The notes: generated by a model not told the origin, from the letters alone. Shown: positions 22,593 through 33,793, counted from the stretch's first letter. The stretch is DNA of 64,000 nt from an uncultured Gemmatimonadales bacterium (GCA_963771275.1 CAVYSW010000003.1:416001-480000), one strand, 5' to 3'. Numbers and translations: made by a program.

Positions 22593-23297
22593 ATGACCGT
22601 GACGACCCGCCCGCGACTCGACCGCCGCTTCGTCTCGAACGAGGACGAAACGTGCCGCATGTTCCGCAGCGACCTGATCGAGCGGTTGAGCCACGTGCAT
22701 CCGCTGGTGCCGCACGTGCTCTATCTCCCGCTGATCGCGTTGATGGTGGCGCTCGCCGTCCAAGCTGGTCAGGGAATCGGCCGGATCGCGCTCCTGCTCG
22801 CGACCGGCGCGCTGACGTGGAGCCTGGTCGAGTACGTCATCCACCGCTTTCTGTTCCACCCGCCCCAGTGGATTGAGGACGAAACCCGCGCCGTGACCGC
22901 GGCGCTCGGGCGGGGGGAAGCCGTGCTCCCCGCGCTGCCGTCCTTCCGGCACAAGTTCTACTTTCTGGTGCACGGCGTGCACCACGACTACCCCAACGAC
23001 TCCGGACGGCTGGTGATGCCGCCGAGCGTGAGCATTCCGCTCGCGCTGCTGTTCTTCTTCCTGTTCCGCTGGCTGCTGGGCCCGGCCGCCCCCGCGGCGT
23101 TCGGGGGATTCGTGGCCGGCTACCTCGTGTACGACACGACGCACTACCTCACGCACCACTCGGCGGGCCGGACGGCGCTGGCGCGCTACCAGAGGAAGCG
23201 GCACTTCCGCCACCACTACTACGACTCGACGCGCAATTTTGGCGTGAGCTCCCCGCTGTGGGATCTCGTGCTCGGCACGATGGGGCGCGGGAAGTGA
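22593..23297 (+). CDS. Sterol desaturase / fatty acid hydroxylase family protein (FA2H-like)
   Basis: His boxes HRFLFH, HGVHH, HYLTHH, HFRHH; YPND..RLVMPP and NFGVSSPLWD motifs. Confidence 0.9.
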   Translation: MTVTTRPRLDRRFVSNEDETCRMFRSDLIERLSHVHPLVPHVLYLPLIALMVALAVQAGQGIGRIALLLATGALTWSLVEYVIHRFLFHPPQWIEDETRAVTAALGRGEAVLPALPSFRHKFYFLVHGVHHDYPNDSGRLVMPPSVSIPLALLFFFLFRWLLGPAAPAAFGGFVAGYLVYDTTHYLTHHSAGRTALARYQRKRHFRHHYYDSTRNFGVSSPLWDLVLGTMGRGK

Positions 23298-23321
23298 CGC
23301 CCGAGGAGTAGCCTCCCGCCG

Positions 23322-24320
23322 TCAGAGCTCGCGCAGCCCCGCCACGAACCGCGGGTGGTCGCGCAGCTCGGCCCAGTCCGGTTCATGCTCGATCCACTCC
23401 TTCTTGCGGAGCCCCACCGCGACCGCGGCCTTGAGCAGGGTCAGGGCCCGGTCGGTGAGCCCGAGCACCGCGCAGTCGCAGCCGACTCCGTAGAGCACCA
23501 CCGCGTCGTCCGGATCGATCGCGCGCGCGCGGATTCTCGGTCCGCCCGCGCCGCATTGCGCGGCGCTCCTCGCGGCTCAGCACCACGCGCAGTGAGCGCA
23601 CCACGCTTCCGGCGATCTCGTCCTGGATGACCAGCACGTCCTCGAGCTCCCGGTCGTAGCGCTCCGACCAGAGCTGAAACCCGTCCGTGACGTCCACCAG
23701 GCGCACCGTGACCCGCAGCCGTCGCCCCACGACCCGGGCGGTGCCCTCGAGCACCGCGGCCACGCTCAGCGTCCGCCCGACCTGCTGCGCATCCGGAGCG
23801 CGAACGCGGACGTCCGGGACGCGACGTGCAGGCCGTCCACCGTCATCAGCGCGGCGAGGATCTCCTCGCTGAGGCCCTCGCCGAGGTAGGCATCGTCGGG
23901 CTCCACCCCGACGCTCACGAACGGCAGCACGGCAATGGACCGCGGGGACGGACTCGTGGCGCCGGTCTCCGGAGCCGTGAGCGCCTCCGTGAAGGTGCAC
24001 ACCGTGGGGTACCGGTCGGCCGGCGCCTTAGCCAGCGCGCGCGTTGCGTCCGGCAAACGGCGGATGGCCGGCCAGCATCTCGTAGAGATCGGCAGCTGGC
24101 CTTCCCGCTCGAGCCGGTCGCGCAACGAGCCGCCCGGCACGTACGGCGTCACGTAGTAGAGCAGGCCCCCGGCTTCACCCGAGTCGTGCAACGGCAGGAT
24201 GTGCGGATGGGAGAGCTGGGCGAGGATCTCGATCTCGCGGAGGAAGCGCTCCGCACCCAGCGCCGCCGCGAGCTCGGGTCGGAACAGCTTGAGCGCCGCC
24301 TGGCGGCGGTGTCGACGACG
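23322..24320 (-). pseudogene. Collapsed Ser/Thr kinase-TolB-like-TPR gene
   Basis: Fragments ALKLFRPELAAALGAERFLREIE..HPHILPLHDSG, ALAKAPADRY, SIAVLPFV, QLWSERYDRELEDV and a TPR tail; catalytic loop and DFG absent; frameshifts. Confidence 0.8.
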
Positions 24321-24664
24321 CCCTGCAGGGCTTCCGCCGCGCCGACCGCGGGATGTGTCGCATCTGCGTGCTGCCGGGGATCGCGCAGGTGTACGAGCGC
24401 GAGGGGAATACGGACTCGGTCTTGGCGGTGCTCGAGCGGTACGTCACCACGACCGACGACGACCGTTGGCAGGTGGACCCGCTGGAGCTGCCCGGCATCC
24501 TGGTCCGTTTGGGGCAGCTCTCCGAGGCCCGCAGGGATACCGTGAAGGCCGTCGCATACGACAGCCGACTCCTCGACATCTGGCGGGACGCCGCCCCGGA
24601 GCTTCAGCCGGTCGTCGCACAGGTGCGGGACCGGCTCGGGCGCCTCGCGGGCGAGCGACGCTAG
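24317..24664 (+). pseudogene. C-terminal TPR fragment of another kinase/TPR-type protein
   Basis: RLGQLSEARRD..LLDIWRDAAPELQPVVAQVRDRLGRL resembles a TPR C-terminus; no N-terminal part. Confidence 0.55.
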
Positions 24665-25797
24665 GGCAGGAAGAAGAACGCCATCCCCAGCACGACGTAC
24701 ACCGCGACCATCAGCGCCCCTTCCAGCCAGTTCGACTCGCCGTCCTGCGCCACCATGTTGACGACGGCCACGGCGATCGCGACCGACAGAACCTCGAACA
24801 CGGTGAACCGCAGGTCCATCGGCCCGTGCGGCATCAGGTAGGACACGAATACGAGCAGCGGTGCCACGAACAACGCCACCTGGATGCTCGAGCCGATGGC
24901 GATGTTCATCGCCAGATCCACCTTGTTCTTGAGCGCCACCAGGATCGCCGTCGAGTGTTCGGCGGCGTTGCCGATGATCGCCACGACGATCACGCCCACG
25001 AACACCTCGGTGAGGCCCAGCGCGTGCGCGGTTTCCTCCACCCGGCCGACCAGGATCTCGCTCATCCACGCGACGAGCGCGGTGGCGGCGAGCAGCGTCA
25101 CCCCCGCGCGGACGGGTGAGCGGGCCGCCTCCCCGTCGTGCGCCGCGGGGTGGCTTTGGCCGGCGTACAGGCGGCGGTGGGTCCGGAGACTGAACACCAG
25201 GCTCAGGAGGTAGGCCAGGAAGAGCACCACCGCGATCTCGAGCGACAGGCTCCGCTCCAGGGCCACTTCGCGCGTCTGCGACAGCTCGGCGCGCGCGACG
25301 GCGGACCCCGCGATCGTGTGGAACATCGCCGGCACGACCAGCCCGATCGCGGCCAGCGCGAGCAGCGTGGAGCCCGCGGCCGCCGCGGCCCGGTCGAACG
25401 TCAGGCGCTCGCGCTTGAGTCCTCCGGCGAGCAGCGCCACCCCGAGCACGAGCAACACGTTGCCGATGATCGACCCCGTGAGACTCGCCTTCACCACGTC
25501 GTACAGCCCGCGGCGCAGCGCGGCCAAGGCGATGATCAGCTCGGCCGCGTTGCCGAACGACGCGTTGAGCAGTCCCCCGACGCCCGCTCCCAGTCGTGCC
25601 GCGAGGTGCTCGGTGGCACTGCCCATGATGCCGGCGAGCGGGACGATCGCGAGACACGCGAACACGAACACGGCGAGCGCAGACCAGCCCAGCCACTCCG
25701 CCAGCGCCGCGAGGGGGACGAACAGCAGCAGGACTCGGAGCAGGCGCCCGGGCGAGGACGCCGCGGGACGTGCGGCGGAGGCGGCGTTGCGGCTCAT
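24661..25797 (-). CDS. cax: Calcium/proton exchanger (CAX/ChaA family)
   Basis: [15 protein letters not shown] and IIGNAAEH alpha repeats. Confidence 0.93.
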   Translation of the reverse strand: MSRNAASAARPAASSPGRLLRVLLLFVPLAALAEWLGWSALAVFVFACLAIVPLAGIMGSATEHLAARLGAGVGGLLNASFGNAAELIIALAALRRGLYDVVKASLTGSIIGNVLLVLGVALLAGGLKRERLTFDRAAAAAGSTLLALAAIGLVVPAMFHTIAGSAVARAELSQTREVALERSLSLEIAVVLFLAYLLSLVFSLRTHRRLYAGQSHPAAHDGEAARSPVRAGVTLLAATALVAWMSEILVGRVEETAHALGLTEVFVGVIVVAIIGNAAEHSTAILVALKNKVDLAMNIAIGSSIQVALFVAPLLVFVSYLMPHGPMDLRFTVFEVLSVAIAVAVVNMVAQDGESNWLEGALMVAVYVVLGMAFFFLP

Positions 25798-25837
25798 CGT
25801 GTCACGCTCCCGGGAATGGGGGCACCCGAGGGGACCC

Positions 25838-26614
25838 TCACGTCAGCAGCAGCAGGCCAAGGGTCACTAAGTTACACGCGACGAGAGACCAGCCCACCCG
25901 TTTCAGCCTCCGGGGATGCACGCGCAGCGCCGCGACGGTGAGCGCGAGCACCGCTCCCGGAGCCAGCGCCAGCCCCACGAACACGGGCACCGGGCCCAGC
26001 ACCGTCGCCCCGATTCCGCCGAGCAGCGCCACAGCCGCCAGGGCGGGGGCCGCCCAGAGCGTCCATGGCGCCGTCAGCTCGGGCTTCGCGCGCGCCTTGA
26101 TGGCGTGCACCGCAAGGGTCGCGGCCCAGTAGGTGAGCAGCCACACCCCCGCAGCCTGGACGGCTGACCGCAGCGTCATTCCCCCCGCCAGCCCGACGGG
26201 CAGCAGCATCGCGGAGAGGGCCGTGGCCACCAGGAGCTCCGCGCCGAGGGTCTTCGGGCGCCCGCGGAGCACGGCGGGCAACACGAATACCGCAGCCGCG
26301 CCGGGCACGAGCGCGGCGAGCCGCGCTGCCGGAGGAGCGAGCGCCAAGCCGACAGCAGCCGCGAGCGCGCCGAGGCCGCCCAGCCACCAGGCGCGCCGCC
26401 AGGCCGGCGCGCCCACCTCGGTCTGCCGACGGCGGCCGCGCGCGCCCCGCAGGATCGCGAGCGGCTCGTACAGCAGAAACCAGCTGACCACGGCCAGCGT
26501 GAACGCCACACCAGCCGCAGAGGGACCGCCGGCCAGGAAGGCGGTAAGCAGCGGGAAGAACAGCTCCGCATAGGCGCCGTATTCGCGGGGCCAGAGCGGC
26601 GGCGCAGTGCCCAT
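25838..26614 (-). CDS. YwiC-like membrane protein
   Basis: N-terminal PREYGAY (PxEHGAW-like), multiple TM segments, KRVGW near C-terminus. Confidence 0.7.
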   Translation of the reverse strand: MGTAPPLWPREYGAYAELFFPLLTAFLAGGPSAAGVAFTLAVVSWFLLYEPLAILRGARGRRRQTEVGAPAWRRAWWLGGLGALAAAVGLALAPPAARLAALVPGAAAVFVLPAVLRGRPKTLGAELLVATALSAMLLPVGLAGGMTLRSAVQAAGVWLLTYWAATLAVHAIKARAKPELTAPWTLWAAPALAAVALLGGIGATVLGPVPVFVGLALAPGAVLALTVAALRVHPRRLKRVGWSLVACNLVTLGLLLLT

Positions 26615-26770
26615 CGTGCGATGTCTCCCCTCTCCGATACGCCCGGCGAACCCGCGGCTTCGCTAAGGTAATACCGCCCTGCCGGGACGGCGCGAGCGCG
26701 CTGCCGTGGCGGGTCGCGCCCTGGCCGCCTATCCTTCCGCTCAGCCTTCTCGCCGACGCCAGGAGCCCCG

Positions 26771-27870
26771 ATGTCGCAGACGTCGCACGACCCTGCCCAG
26801 TTTCGTCGCATCGTGGTCGCCCTGCTCGCCATCGGCATCTCGATCGTGTTCTTCGCGATGCTCCGGCCGTACATCGTGACCGTGACGGTGGCCGCGATCC
26901 TGAGCGCCATGGCCCAGCCGCTCAACGCGGCCGTGCGGAACCTGCGCGTCTTCCGGGGGGGAAGAGCGGAGCCACCGTCGCCTCGTCACTGACGCTGTTG
27001 CTGGTCGTGGCACTGGTGCTGATCCCGGCCCTCCTGCTGATCGGCACCCTGGTCAATCAGGCGATCAACGTGAGCCAGCGTGTCGGCCCCTGGCTCGAGA
27101 CCCACGCGACGGGCGGAAGCCTGTTCGACCGCGCTGCGGCCTACGCCCCGTTTCTGGAGCGGTTCCGGCCAATCGAGGACATGATCACGGAGAAGCTCGG
27201 GGAGTTCGCGAGCCGGCTCGGCGAGTGGGTCGTGGGACAACTGGCCGCGGTGACGCGCGGGGCGGCCATCTTCCTGTTCCACTTCTTCATCATGCTCTAC
27301 GCGATGTACTTCTTCCTCAAGGAGGGCGGCAAGTTCCTCGAGCGCATGGTGCGCACGATCCCGCTGGCCGACGATCAGCGCGAGAAGATCGTGGCGAAGT
27401 TCCTCTCCGTGGCGCGCGCCACGATCAAGGGCACGATCGTGATCGGCATCCTCCAGGGGACGCTCGGCGGTATCGGACTCGCGATCGCCGGCATCCCGAA
27501 CGCGGTGTTCTGGGGCGCCGTCATGGCGGTCGCCACGCTGATTCCCGCGATCGGCACGGGGCTGGTCTGGCTGCCGAGCGTGGTGATCCTGTTCGCAACC
27601 GGCCATTCCGCGGCGGCGATCGGGCTCGCCGTGTGGAGCCTCGCCGTGGTCGGCACCGTCGACAACTTCCTCCGCCCGAAGCTCGTGGGGCGCGATACGG
27701 CAATGCCCGAGCTGCTCGTCCTGCTCTCGACCCTGGGAGGGCTCGGGCTGTTCGGCGCGCTCGGCTTCCTGATCGGCCCGCTCGTCGCGGCCATCTTCCT
27801 CACGGTGTGGGAGATCTTCGGCGCGACGTTCGCGGATGTGCTCGGGCGGGTCGGGGAGCCGGTGACGTAG
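26771..27870 (+). CDS. AI-2E family transporter, frameshifted near the G7 run at ~26954-26960
   Basis: N-terminal half in ORF 26771, remainder in ORF 26998; IPAIGTGLVW, DNFLRPKLVG, GFLIGP motifs. Confidence 0.82.
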
Positions 27871-27933
27871 GGCGCCGTTCGGGTGCGTCGCTGGCGCGGC
27901 GATCGGGACCGCCGCGCGCGGCGAGATGCGCAA

Positions 27934-27954
27934 AGGGGCCCGCACCGGGCCCCT
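27934..27954 (-). terminator. Hairpin terminator between convergent genes
   Basis: AGGGGCCCG-CAC-CGGGCCCCT with a short U tract on the minus strand. Confidence 0.55.
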
Positions 27955-27984
27955 CACTGTCGCGTCATCCCGGGTGATCGCGCC

Positions 27985-29166
27985 TCAGGGCGTGAAGTCC
28001 ACCAGCAACCCGGCGCGATAGCCGTTGAGGCCGATGTCCGTCGCCGCCTGCACGACGCTCCCCACGATCCCGCTGCCGGTGAGCACCACGGCGAATTGGC
28101 GCGTGAACTGCTGGCGCAGGTCGAGCCCGAACCGGAACGACGTACCGGCCTTGGCCAGAGGCCCCTCCACGTACGCGTCCAGGGTGCCGTCCGGCGGGAC
28201 GCTCGTATCCTGCCAGTCGCCGGGGGCTTGCCGCGAGTAGCGGTACTCCCCCCTGGGAGTGATCGTGAGCGTCCGGCTGACGGGCACCGCAAACTGGAGC
28301 CCGCCGACCATCAGGTTGCCCTTGGGCAGCGCAGCCGCCCCAAGCACCGAGCCTCCCAGTTGCGGCGAGCTGCGATACACGTCGAACGCGTAGGCCCTGA
28401 GCTGCAGGTTGCCGAATCCCTGGGCCACCTCGAAGTAGCCGATCACGCGCGCCCCGACCCCGGGGCGCGTGGTGTCGGCGAACACGTCCTTCTGGCGCAA
28501 CGCGAACACGCCGGCCAGCCGCAGGTACGTCGTCCGGCCCAGTGGTCCCTCCAGGCCGGCGCGGGCGCGCAGCTCGGCGCCGGGCTTGATCTTTGCCGTC
28601 TGACCGACCACGGGCTGATACGACAGCGGATGCTGGTAGGTCGCCCCGATCCCCAGAGCCATCCGCCCCACGGGGAGCGCCCCTACGAGTCCACCGCTCA
28701 TCGAGCCACCAGACCCGAGCGTCGGCACCGCGAACCCGATCACGTCGCTGGAGATCGCCCCCAGGACCGACAGCTCGGGATCGCTCACCGACTTCACCCC
28801 GGTCGGGATCGCGCCGCTTGCGACGGCGATCAGGCGGCCGGGGATGAGGTTCACGCTGAGCCGCACTTCGGTCTCGAGCGCCCCGGACAGCGACTGGTCC
28901 GCGAGCTGCGTCTGGTTCGCGCTCGTCACGTCGGCCTTCACGAACCCCGACGAAATGCTCGCGGAGGCGAGTCGGCCCAGGAAGAGGTCGATGCCGACCG
29001 GGATGGTCAGCTCCCTCACCTTGGTGAACGCCAGCCCCGGATCGAACGAGTAGCTCTCGAAGTAGGACGAGACGCGTACCTGCGAAACCACCTTCTGCTG
29101 CGCACGCAGCAGGGACGGCGCGGCCACGAGCGCCACGCCCGCGTAGACGACGAGTCGGCGCATCAT
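27985..29166 (-). CDS. Exported hypothetical protein, probable outer-membrane beta-barrel
   Basis: Signal peptide ending LRAQ, amphipathic beta-strands; overlaps the upstream gene by 4 nt. Confidence 0.65.
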   Translation of the reverse strand: MMRRLVVYAGVALVAAPSLLRAQQKVVSQVRVSSYFESYSFDPGLAFTKVRELTIPVGIDLFLGRLASASISSGFVKADVTSANQTQLADQSLSGALETEVRLSVNLIPGRLIAVASGAIPTGVKSVSDPELSVLGAISSDVIGFAVPTLGSGGSMSGGLVGALPVGRMALGIGATYQHPLSYQPVVGQTAKIKPGAELRARAGLEGPLGRTTYLRLAGVFALRQKDVFADTTRPGVGARVIGYFEVAQGFGNLQLRAYAFDVYRSSPQLGGSVLGAAALPKGNLMVGGLQFAVPVSRTLTITPRGEYRYSRQAPGDWQDTSVPPDGTLDAYVEGPLAKAGTSFRFGLDLRQQFTRQFAVVLTGSGIVGSVVQAATDIGLNGYRAGLLVDFTP

Positions 29167-30467
29167 GGCAGTCGGAACACGATACGGATCGTGCCAATCT
29201 GGGGCGCCGTCAGCAGGGGTGGCTGCGCCGTGGTGGTCCCCACTGCCGCCCGCGTGGGCTCCCCGCCGATGGCATTGATCTGCTCCACGCGCGTGGGCAT
29301 GAGGTCGCTCGTGGCCGACCCGACCGCGGCGTCGGTTCCCAGCCCTGCCGGGAGCGCGGTCTGCGGCGGCTCGGCGGCCAGGACCGTCACCTGCGACGGG
29401 TCCGCCGATGCGACGTCCGGCGCCGCGCTGGCCGCCGCGAACCCCTCGCGTGCGGCCGTGAAGCCGGGATCCAGCCGAGTCGCCTCGGCGTAGTGCGCGG
29501 CCGCGGCCTGGTAGTCACCGCGGTCTTCCGCCCCGAGCGCCCGGGAATACGCGAGGAACGCGGCGAGGTTCTGCGTGCCGTTCTCGAGGATGGCACGGCG
29601 CTCGGCTTCCGACAGGGTGTAGCCCATCCGGCCGGCGAGCCCCACGACCACCTCCTTCTCCATCCTCAGCAGGTCCTTGAGCCGTCCCGTCGCAGCGGCC
29701 GGGGTCGAGACTTCACCGCTCCCCAGCAGGACCGATGCTTCGAGTCGCGTGTCGCGATCGCCGGGGATCGACGCCAGGCCCTGTACCAGGCGGCCGGCCC
29801 GCATCAGCAGCCCCGCCCGCGCCGCGCTCGCCTGGTCGACCCGCCCCGTCTGCCCGAGGTGCATCTCGTCGAGCAGTGCCGTGAGCTGGATGCGCTCGAC
29901 CATGCGGAACCGTCGCAGCAGCGCGAGATCACTCGTGAGCATCTGGGCCAGCCCGCGCGACAGCGGCTGGTAGATCGAGTCGCCGTTCACCTGGATCGGC
30001 AGCACGGCCACGGTCTGCGCATCCGCCGGCTGTTGCGCCAACGCCGCCTCCTGCGCAAGCGCCGTCCGCGCCTCCCGGATGGCGGCGGCCCGGGACGCCA
30101 GCAGCTCGCGGGCGCGCACGGCCCCCGATCCCGGTCCAGCAGGGTTGCTCGTCAGGAACTGCCGGTAAGTGGCGAGGGCGTCGCGGTACTGCTCGGCCCG
30201 CTCCTGGCACTGTCCCAGCACGAGTGGGCCCACCGCGCTGCGCGGCGCCAGGGTCATACCGCGACGGGCGAACACGACCGCCGTGTCGCACCGGCCCGCC
30301 GCATGCAGCGCCGCCGCGTAGCGCAGCACCAGCACGCCGTCAGTCGGCTCCTGCGCGACGCGACCCGCCAACTGCGAGATTTCCGCCGGGGATACCGGCG
30401 CCGGGCGTGGTGTGCAGCTCCACGCCGCGCCGAGGAGGACCACGAGACTGCCACGGGTCACGCGCAT
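29163..30467 (-). CDS. TPR lipoprotein with CsgG/TolB-N-like domain
   Basis: Lipobox-like AAWSC, TPR repeats, TVAVLP..GLAQMLTSDL..MVERIQLTALLDE. Confidence 0.75.
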   Translation of the reverse strand: MRVTRGSLVVLLGAAWSCTPRPAPVSPAEISQLAGRVAQEPTDGVLVLRYAAALHAAGRCDTAVVFARRGMTLAPRSAVGPLVLGQCQERAEQYRDALATYRQFLTSNPAGPGSGAVRARELLASRAAAIREARTALAQEAALAQQPADAQTVAVLPIQVNGDSIYQPLSRGLAQMLTSDLALLRRFRMVERIQLTALLDEMHLGQTGRVDQASAARAGLLMRAGRLVQGLASIPGDRDTRLEASVLLGSGEVSTPAAATGRLKDLLRMEKEVVVGLAGRMGYTLSEAERRAILENGTQNLAAFLAYSRALGAEDRGDYQAAAAHYAEATRLDPGFTAAREGFAAASAAPDVASADPSQVTVLAAEPPQTALPAGLGTDAAVGSATSDLMPTRVEQINAIGGEPTRAAVGTTTAQPPLLTAPQIGTIRIVFRLP

Positions 30468-30662
30468 GCGTCTACTCCGGCAAAACGGTCTACAACGGGC
30501 CACGGGGCGCCGCGTCACTGGGGGCTCAACTTGCTGCCCAATATCGGGGGCCGTCAAGGAGGGTCCGCTCTCCACGGGGCCGAATGAGCCGTCGAGGGGC
30601 AGGAAGCGTGCCGGGTGGGAGGGATATGGGATTGTGGTAAGGACCGGTAGGCGGATAGGGCG

Positions 30663-30851
30663 TCAGCCGACTCCGTGCAGGATATCCCGCATCCGTTGCG
30701 CCAACCGCTCGATCTCGCGGAACGCGTTCTCGGCGTCGGGCGGCAGGCCCTCGGCCGCAAGGAGCTGGAGCTGCGTCTCCGCCAACAGCGCCGACAGCGG
30801 ATTGGAAAGGTCGTGGCGCAGCTTGCGAACGCGGTCGTCGGCCTCGGCCAT
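30663..30851 (-). CDS. Stand-alone histidine-kinase dimerization/phosphoacceptor (HisKA) mini-protein
   Basis: 62 aa with H-box LRHDLSNPLSALL followed by a second helix. Confidence 0.75.
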   Translation of the reverse strand: MAEADDRVRKLRHDLSNPLSALLAETQLQLLAAEGLPPDAENAFREIERLAQRMRDILHGVG

Positions 30852-30859
30852 CCGCGAAC

Positions 30860-31147
30860 CTACCCGGTGACCGACCGGTACAGGTCGCGGATGTGATGCT
30901 CGCGTAGATCCCGCACCGCCTGCCACAGGTCCGTTTCACTCGGGCCACAGAGAATCTCCGCCGTGGCGGGGGCGAGGCTCGTCTCAGCGGCGCCAAACAG
31001 CAGCTTGCCGCGCCACATGCCGTCCTCGGCTCGCCGCACGACGAGACGCACCGGGATCTCCTCCCCGGCGTAGCGAACAGAGGCAAGGTCGTGAACGACG
31101 GGTTCGAACGGGTCTGCTTGGCCGTACCGGACCGACTGCGCGGGCAT
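30860..31147 (-). CDS. Hypothetical protein (95 aa)
   Basis: GGAG RBS, upstream TATATT, globular-looking sequence, co-oriented with neighbours. Confidence 0.6.
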   Translation of the reverse strand: MPAQSVRYGQADPFEPVVHDLASVRYAGEEIPVRLVVRRAEDGMWRGKLLFGAAETSLAPATAEILCGPSETDLWQAVRDLREHHIRDLYRSVTG

Positions 31148-31248
31148 CCAGGTCTCCGCCGGTTTGCGTAAATATAGCGGCTCGATGGACTTACGCAATC
31201 CCGGAACGATGGCCGGGCGGCCGGAACGCCGCCGCCGGGCACCAGACG

Positions 31249-32382
31249 CTACGGCATGATCGGAACCGGCGTGAACGTCACGAGGAACAGCAGCACCGTG
31301 GCCCACCCGAACGGCACCCGGCTCCGAGGCAGGGGTCGGAGCGGCTCCAGGACTCTGGGGTGCGCCAGGCGCCCACCGCTCATCAGCACCGCCAGGACCG
31401 CGATGAGCCACCAGGGCATCAGCCACCACGGGCGGAACCACACGCCAAGGAGGGCAAGCGCCGCAAGCGTGAGCAGCGCGACGTAGCGCTGGCGGCTGCC
31501 GAGCAGCGCGTAGAGGACGTGGCTGCCGTCGAGCTGCCCGAGCGGCAGGAGGTTGAGGGCGGTCACGAGCATCCCGATCCACCCCGCGGCGGCGAGGGGG
31601 TTCAGCACGGCGGTCCCCCCGCCCAGCAGCAGGTGCCGCAGCCCCCAAGTCACGATCGAATCGCCGAGCATCCAGTCGTGTCCCCAGACGTTCTCGACGA
31701 CCATCGGCGCGGGGAACGTGCCGGGGGCAAGCAGCACGGACCGTTCCAAACCCACGACGAGCATGAGGAGGGCGACGCCGAAGCCGAGCCACGGGCCGGC
31801 GGCCCCCACGTCGAGCAATTGCCGGCGATCCACGATCGGGCTGCGCAGCCGGATGAACGCGCCGAACGTTCCGATGAAATTGACCTCGATCGGCGCCGGG
31901 ATGAAGAACGGCGGCGACGCGTTGATACCGTAGCGCTTGGCGGTGAGGTAGTGCCCCATCTCATGTGCCAGCAGGATCGCCATCAGGGCCATGGCGAACG
32001 GCATCCCGACGAGACTGCCGCGCAGCCAGGCCAGGATGTGCGCGCCGAGCGCGGCGATCCCGCCGCTCAGCAGCGGCAGGGTATGCGGCCGCGCGCCGAG
32101 CAGCAGGGCGCCGCCCAGCTGCACGGTCAGGAAGGTCAAGAGGAACAGCAGGATGTGGAGCCACCACCGCTCCCGCTGCGCCGGGGCGAGCGACCGAACC
32201 AGTACCAGGCGTCCGGCGTCGGCACCGGTGGCCCAGTAGTAGGTGCCCGGCCACTCGCTCAGCGCGCGGACGAGCGCGGGCGATGGGCGGCGGTGCTCCT
32301 CGCGCACGACGGCCTCCACGACTTCGCGGTCCCGGACGGTCGCCGTCCGCCAGTATGCCAGATACGGGGCGAGTGAATTCAC
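31249..32382 (-). CDS. Site-2 protease (M50) family
   Basis: HEMGH, AGPWLG, NLLPLGQLDG; start approximate. Confidence 0.9.
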   Translation of the reverse strand: MNSLAPYLAYWRTATVRDREVVEAVVREEHRRPSPALVRALSEWPGTYYWATGADAGRLVLVRSLAPAQRERWWLHILLFLLTFLTVQLGGALLLGARPHTLPLLSGGIAALGAHILAWLRGSLVGMPFAMALMAILLAHEMGHYLTAKRYGINASPPFFIPAPIEVNFIGTFGAFIRLRSPIVDRRQLLDVGAAGPWLGFGVALLMLVVGLERSVLLAPGTFPAPMVVENVWGHDWMLGDSIVTWGLRHLLLGGGTAVLNPLAAAGWIGMLVTALNLLPLGQLDGSHVLYALLGSRQRYVALLTLAALALLGVWFRPWWLMPWWLIAVLAVLMSGGRLAHPRVLEPLRPLPRSRVPFGWATVLLFLVTFTPVPIMP

Positions 32383-32390
32383 GCGGCCTC

Positions 32391-32419
32391 TTGACGGTGC
32401 CACGCAAACGCCCTAGAAT
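32391..32419 (+). promoter_or_regulatory. Sigma-70 promoter of the rho operon
   Basis: TTGACG-17 nt-TAGAAT, about 120 nt before the rho start. Confidence 0.75.
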
Positions 32420-32542
32420 ACGGCGCTTTCACGACTTAGATCCCCTACAGCCATTCCGCAGTTTCGAGCTCCCTTCGGGGACCGCCCGTTTCCCGTGGAC
32501 AAGACCTGGCACAACGGATCCGCAATCTCTATGGAGTCCCAC

Positions 32543-33793
32543 GTGGACATCGCTGAACTGAAGAGGAAGTCCATCGCCGAGCTGCACGCGATGGCGGAAG
32601 AACTCAACATCACCAACTACTCGGGCATGCGCAAGCAGGATCTCATCTTCCGGATCGAGCAGTCGCTGCTCGATTCGGACACCGTGCTGCGCGGCGAGGG
32701 GGTGCTCGAGATCCTGCCGGAAGGCTACGGGTTCCTGCGCAGCCCCGACTGGAACTACCTGTACGGGCCCGACGACATCTACGTCAGCCCGAGCCAGATC
32801 AAGCGGTTCGATCTGCGCACGGGCGACACGATCCTCGGCCAGGTGCGCCCGCCCAAGGAAGGCGAGCGCTATCTGGCGCTGCTCAAGGTCGAGAAGGTCA
32901 ACTTCGACGATCCCGACAAGGCCAAGCACCGGATCGGGTTCGACAACCTGCGCCCGCGCTACCCCGACGGCCGGATCCGCCTCGAGCGCAAGGATGCCGA
33001 CATCTCGATGCGCGTGATGGACATTCTCTGTCCGATCGGGAAGGGCCAGCGCGGGCTGATCGTCTCGCCGCCCAAGGCGGGCAAGACGATCCTGTTGCAG
33101 AAGCTCGCCAACTCCATCACCGAGAACCACCCCGAGTGCGCGCTCATCGTGCTGCTGATCGACGAGCGGCCCGAGGAGGTGACGGACATGGAGGAGAACG
33201 TCAACGCCGAGGTGATCTCCTCCACGTTCGACGAGCCGGCGGACCGCCACGTGCAGGTCGCCGACATGGTGATCGAGAAGGCCAAGCGGCTGGTGGAGCA
33301 CGGACGGGACGTGGTGATCCTGCTCGACTCGATCACCCGGCTCGCGCGGGCGCACAACACCGTGGTGCCGCATTCCGGCAAGATCCTCTCGGGCGGCGTG
33401 GACGCGAACGCCCTCCAGAAGCCCAAGCGGTTCTTCGGCGCGGCCCGCAATATCGAGGGGGGCGGCTCGCTCACGATCATCGCCACCGCCCTGATCGAGA
33501 CGGGCAGCCGAATGGACGAGGTGATCTTCGAGGAGTTCAAGGGCACGGGCAACATGGAGGTCGTGCTCGACCGCCGCATCGCGGACCGCCGCGTCTACCC
33601 CGCGATCGACGTGCAGCGCAGCTCGACGCGCAAGGAAGAGCTGCTGCTCGACAAGGACGAGCTCATGAAGGTGTACCTGCTGCGCAACTTCCTCGCCGAC
33701 ATGCCGACCGTCGAGGCGGTCGAGTTCCTGCTGGAGCGGATGAAGCGCACGAAGAACAACAAGGAGTTCTTCGCGACGATGCAGCAGGGATGA
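32543..33793 (+). CDS. rho: Transcription termination factor Rho
   Basis: [36 protein letters not shown] after GGAG. Confidence 0.99.
   Translation: MDIAELKRKSIAELHAMAEELNITNYSGMRKQDLIFRIEQSLLDSDTVLRGEGVLEILPEGYGFLRSPDWNYLYGPDDIYVSPSQIKRFDLRTGDTILGQVRPPKEGERYLALLKVEKVNFDDPDKAKHRIGFDNLRPRYPDGRIRLERKDADISMRVMDILCPIGKGQRGLIVSPPKAGKTILLQKLANSITENHPECALIVLLIDERPEEVTDMEENVNAEVISSTFDEPADRHVQVADMVIEKAKRLVEHGRDVVILLDSITRLARAHNTVVPHSGKILSGGVDANALQKPKRFFGAARNIEGGGSLTIIATALIETGSRMDEVIFEEFKGTGNMEVVLDRRIADRRVYPAIDVQRSSTRKEELLLDKDELMKVYLLRNFLADMPTVEAVEFLLERMKRTKNNKEFFATMQQG

Noticed and set aside
22476..27900. tRNA-anchored integrative island
   Set aside because: No integrase and no duplicated tRNA 3' end (att site) noticed, and no obvious compositional shift.
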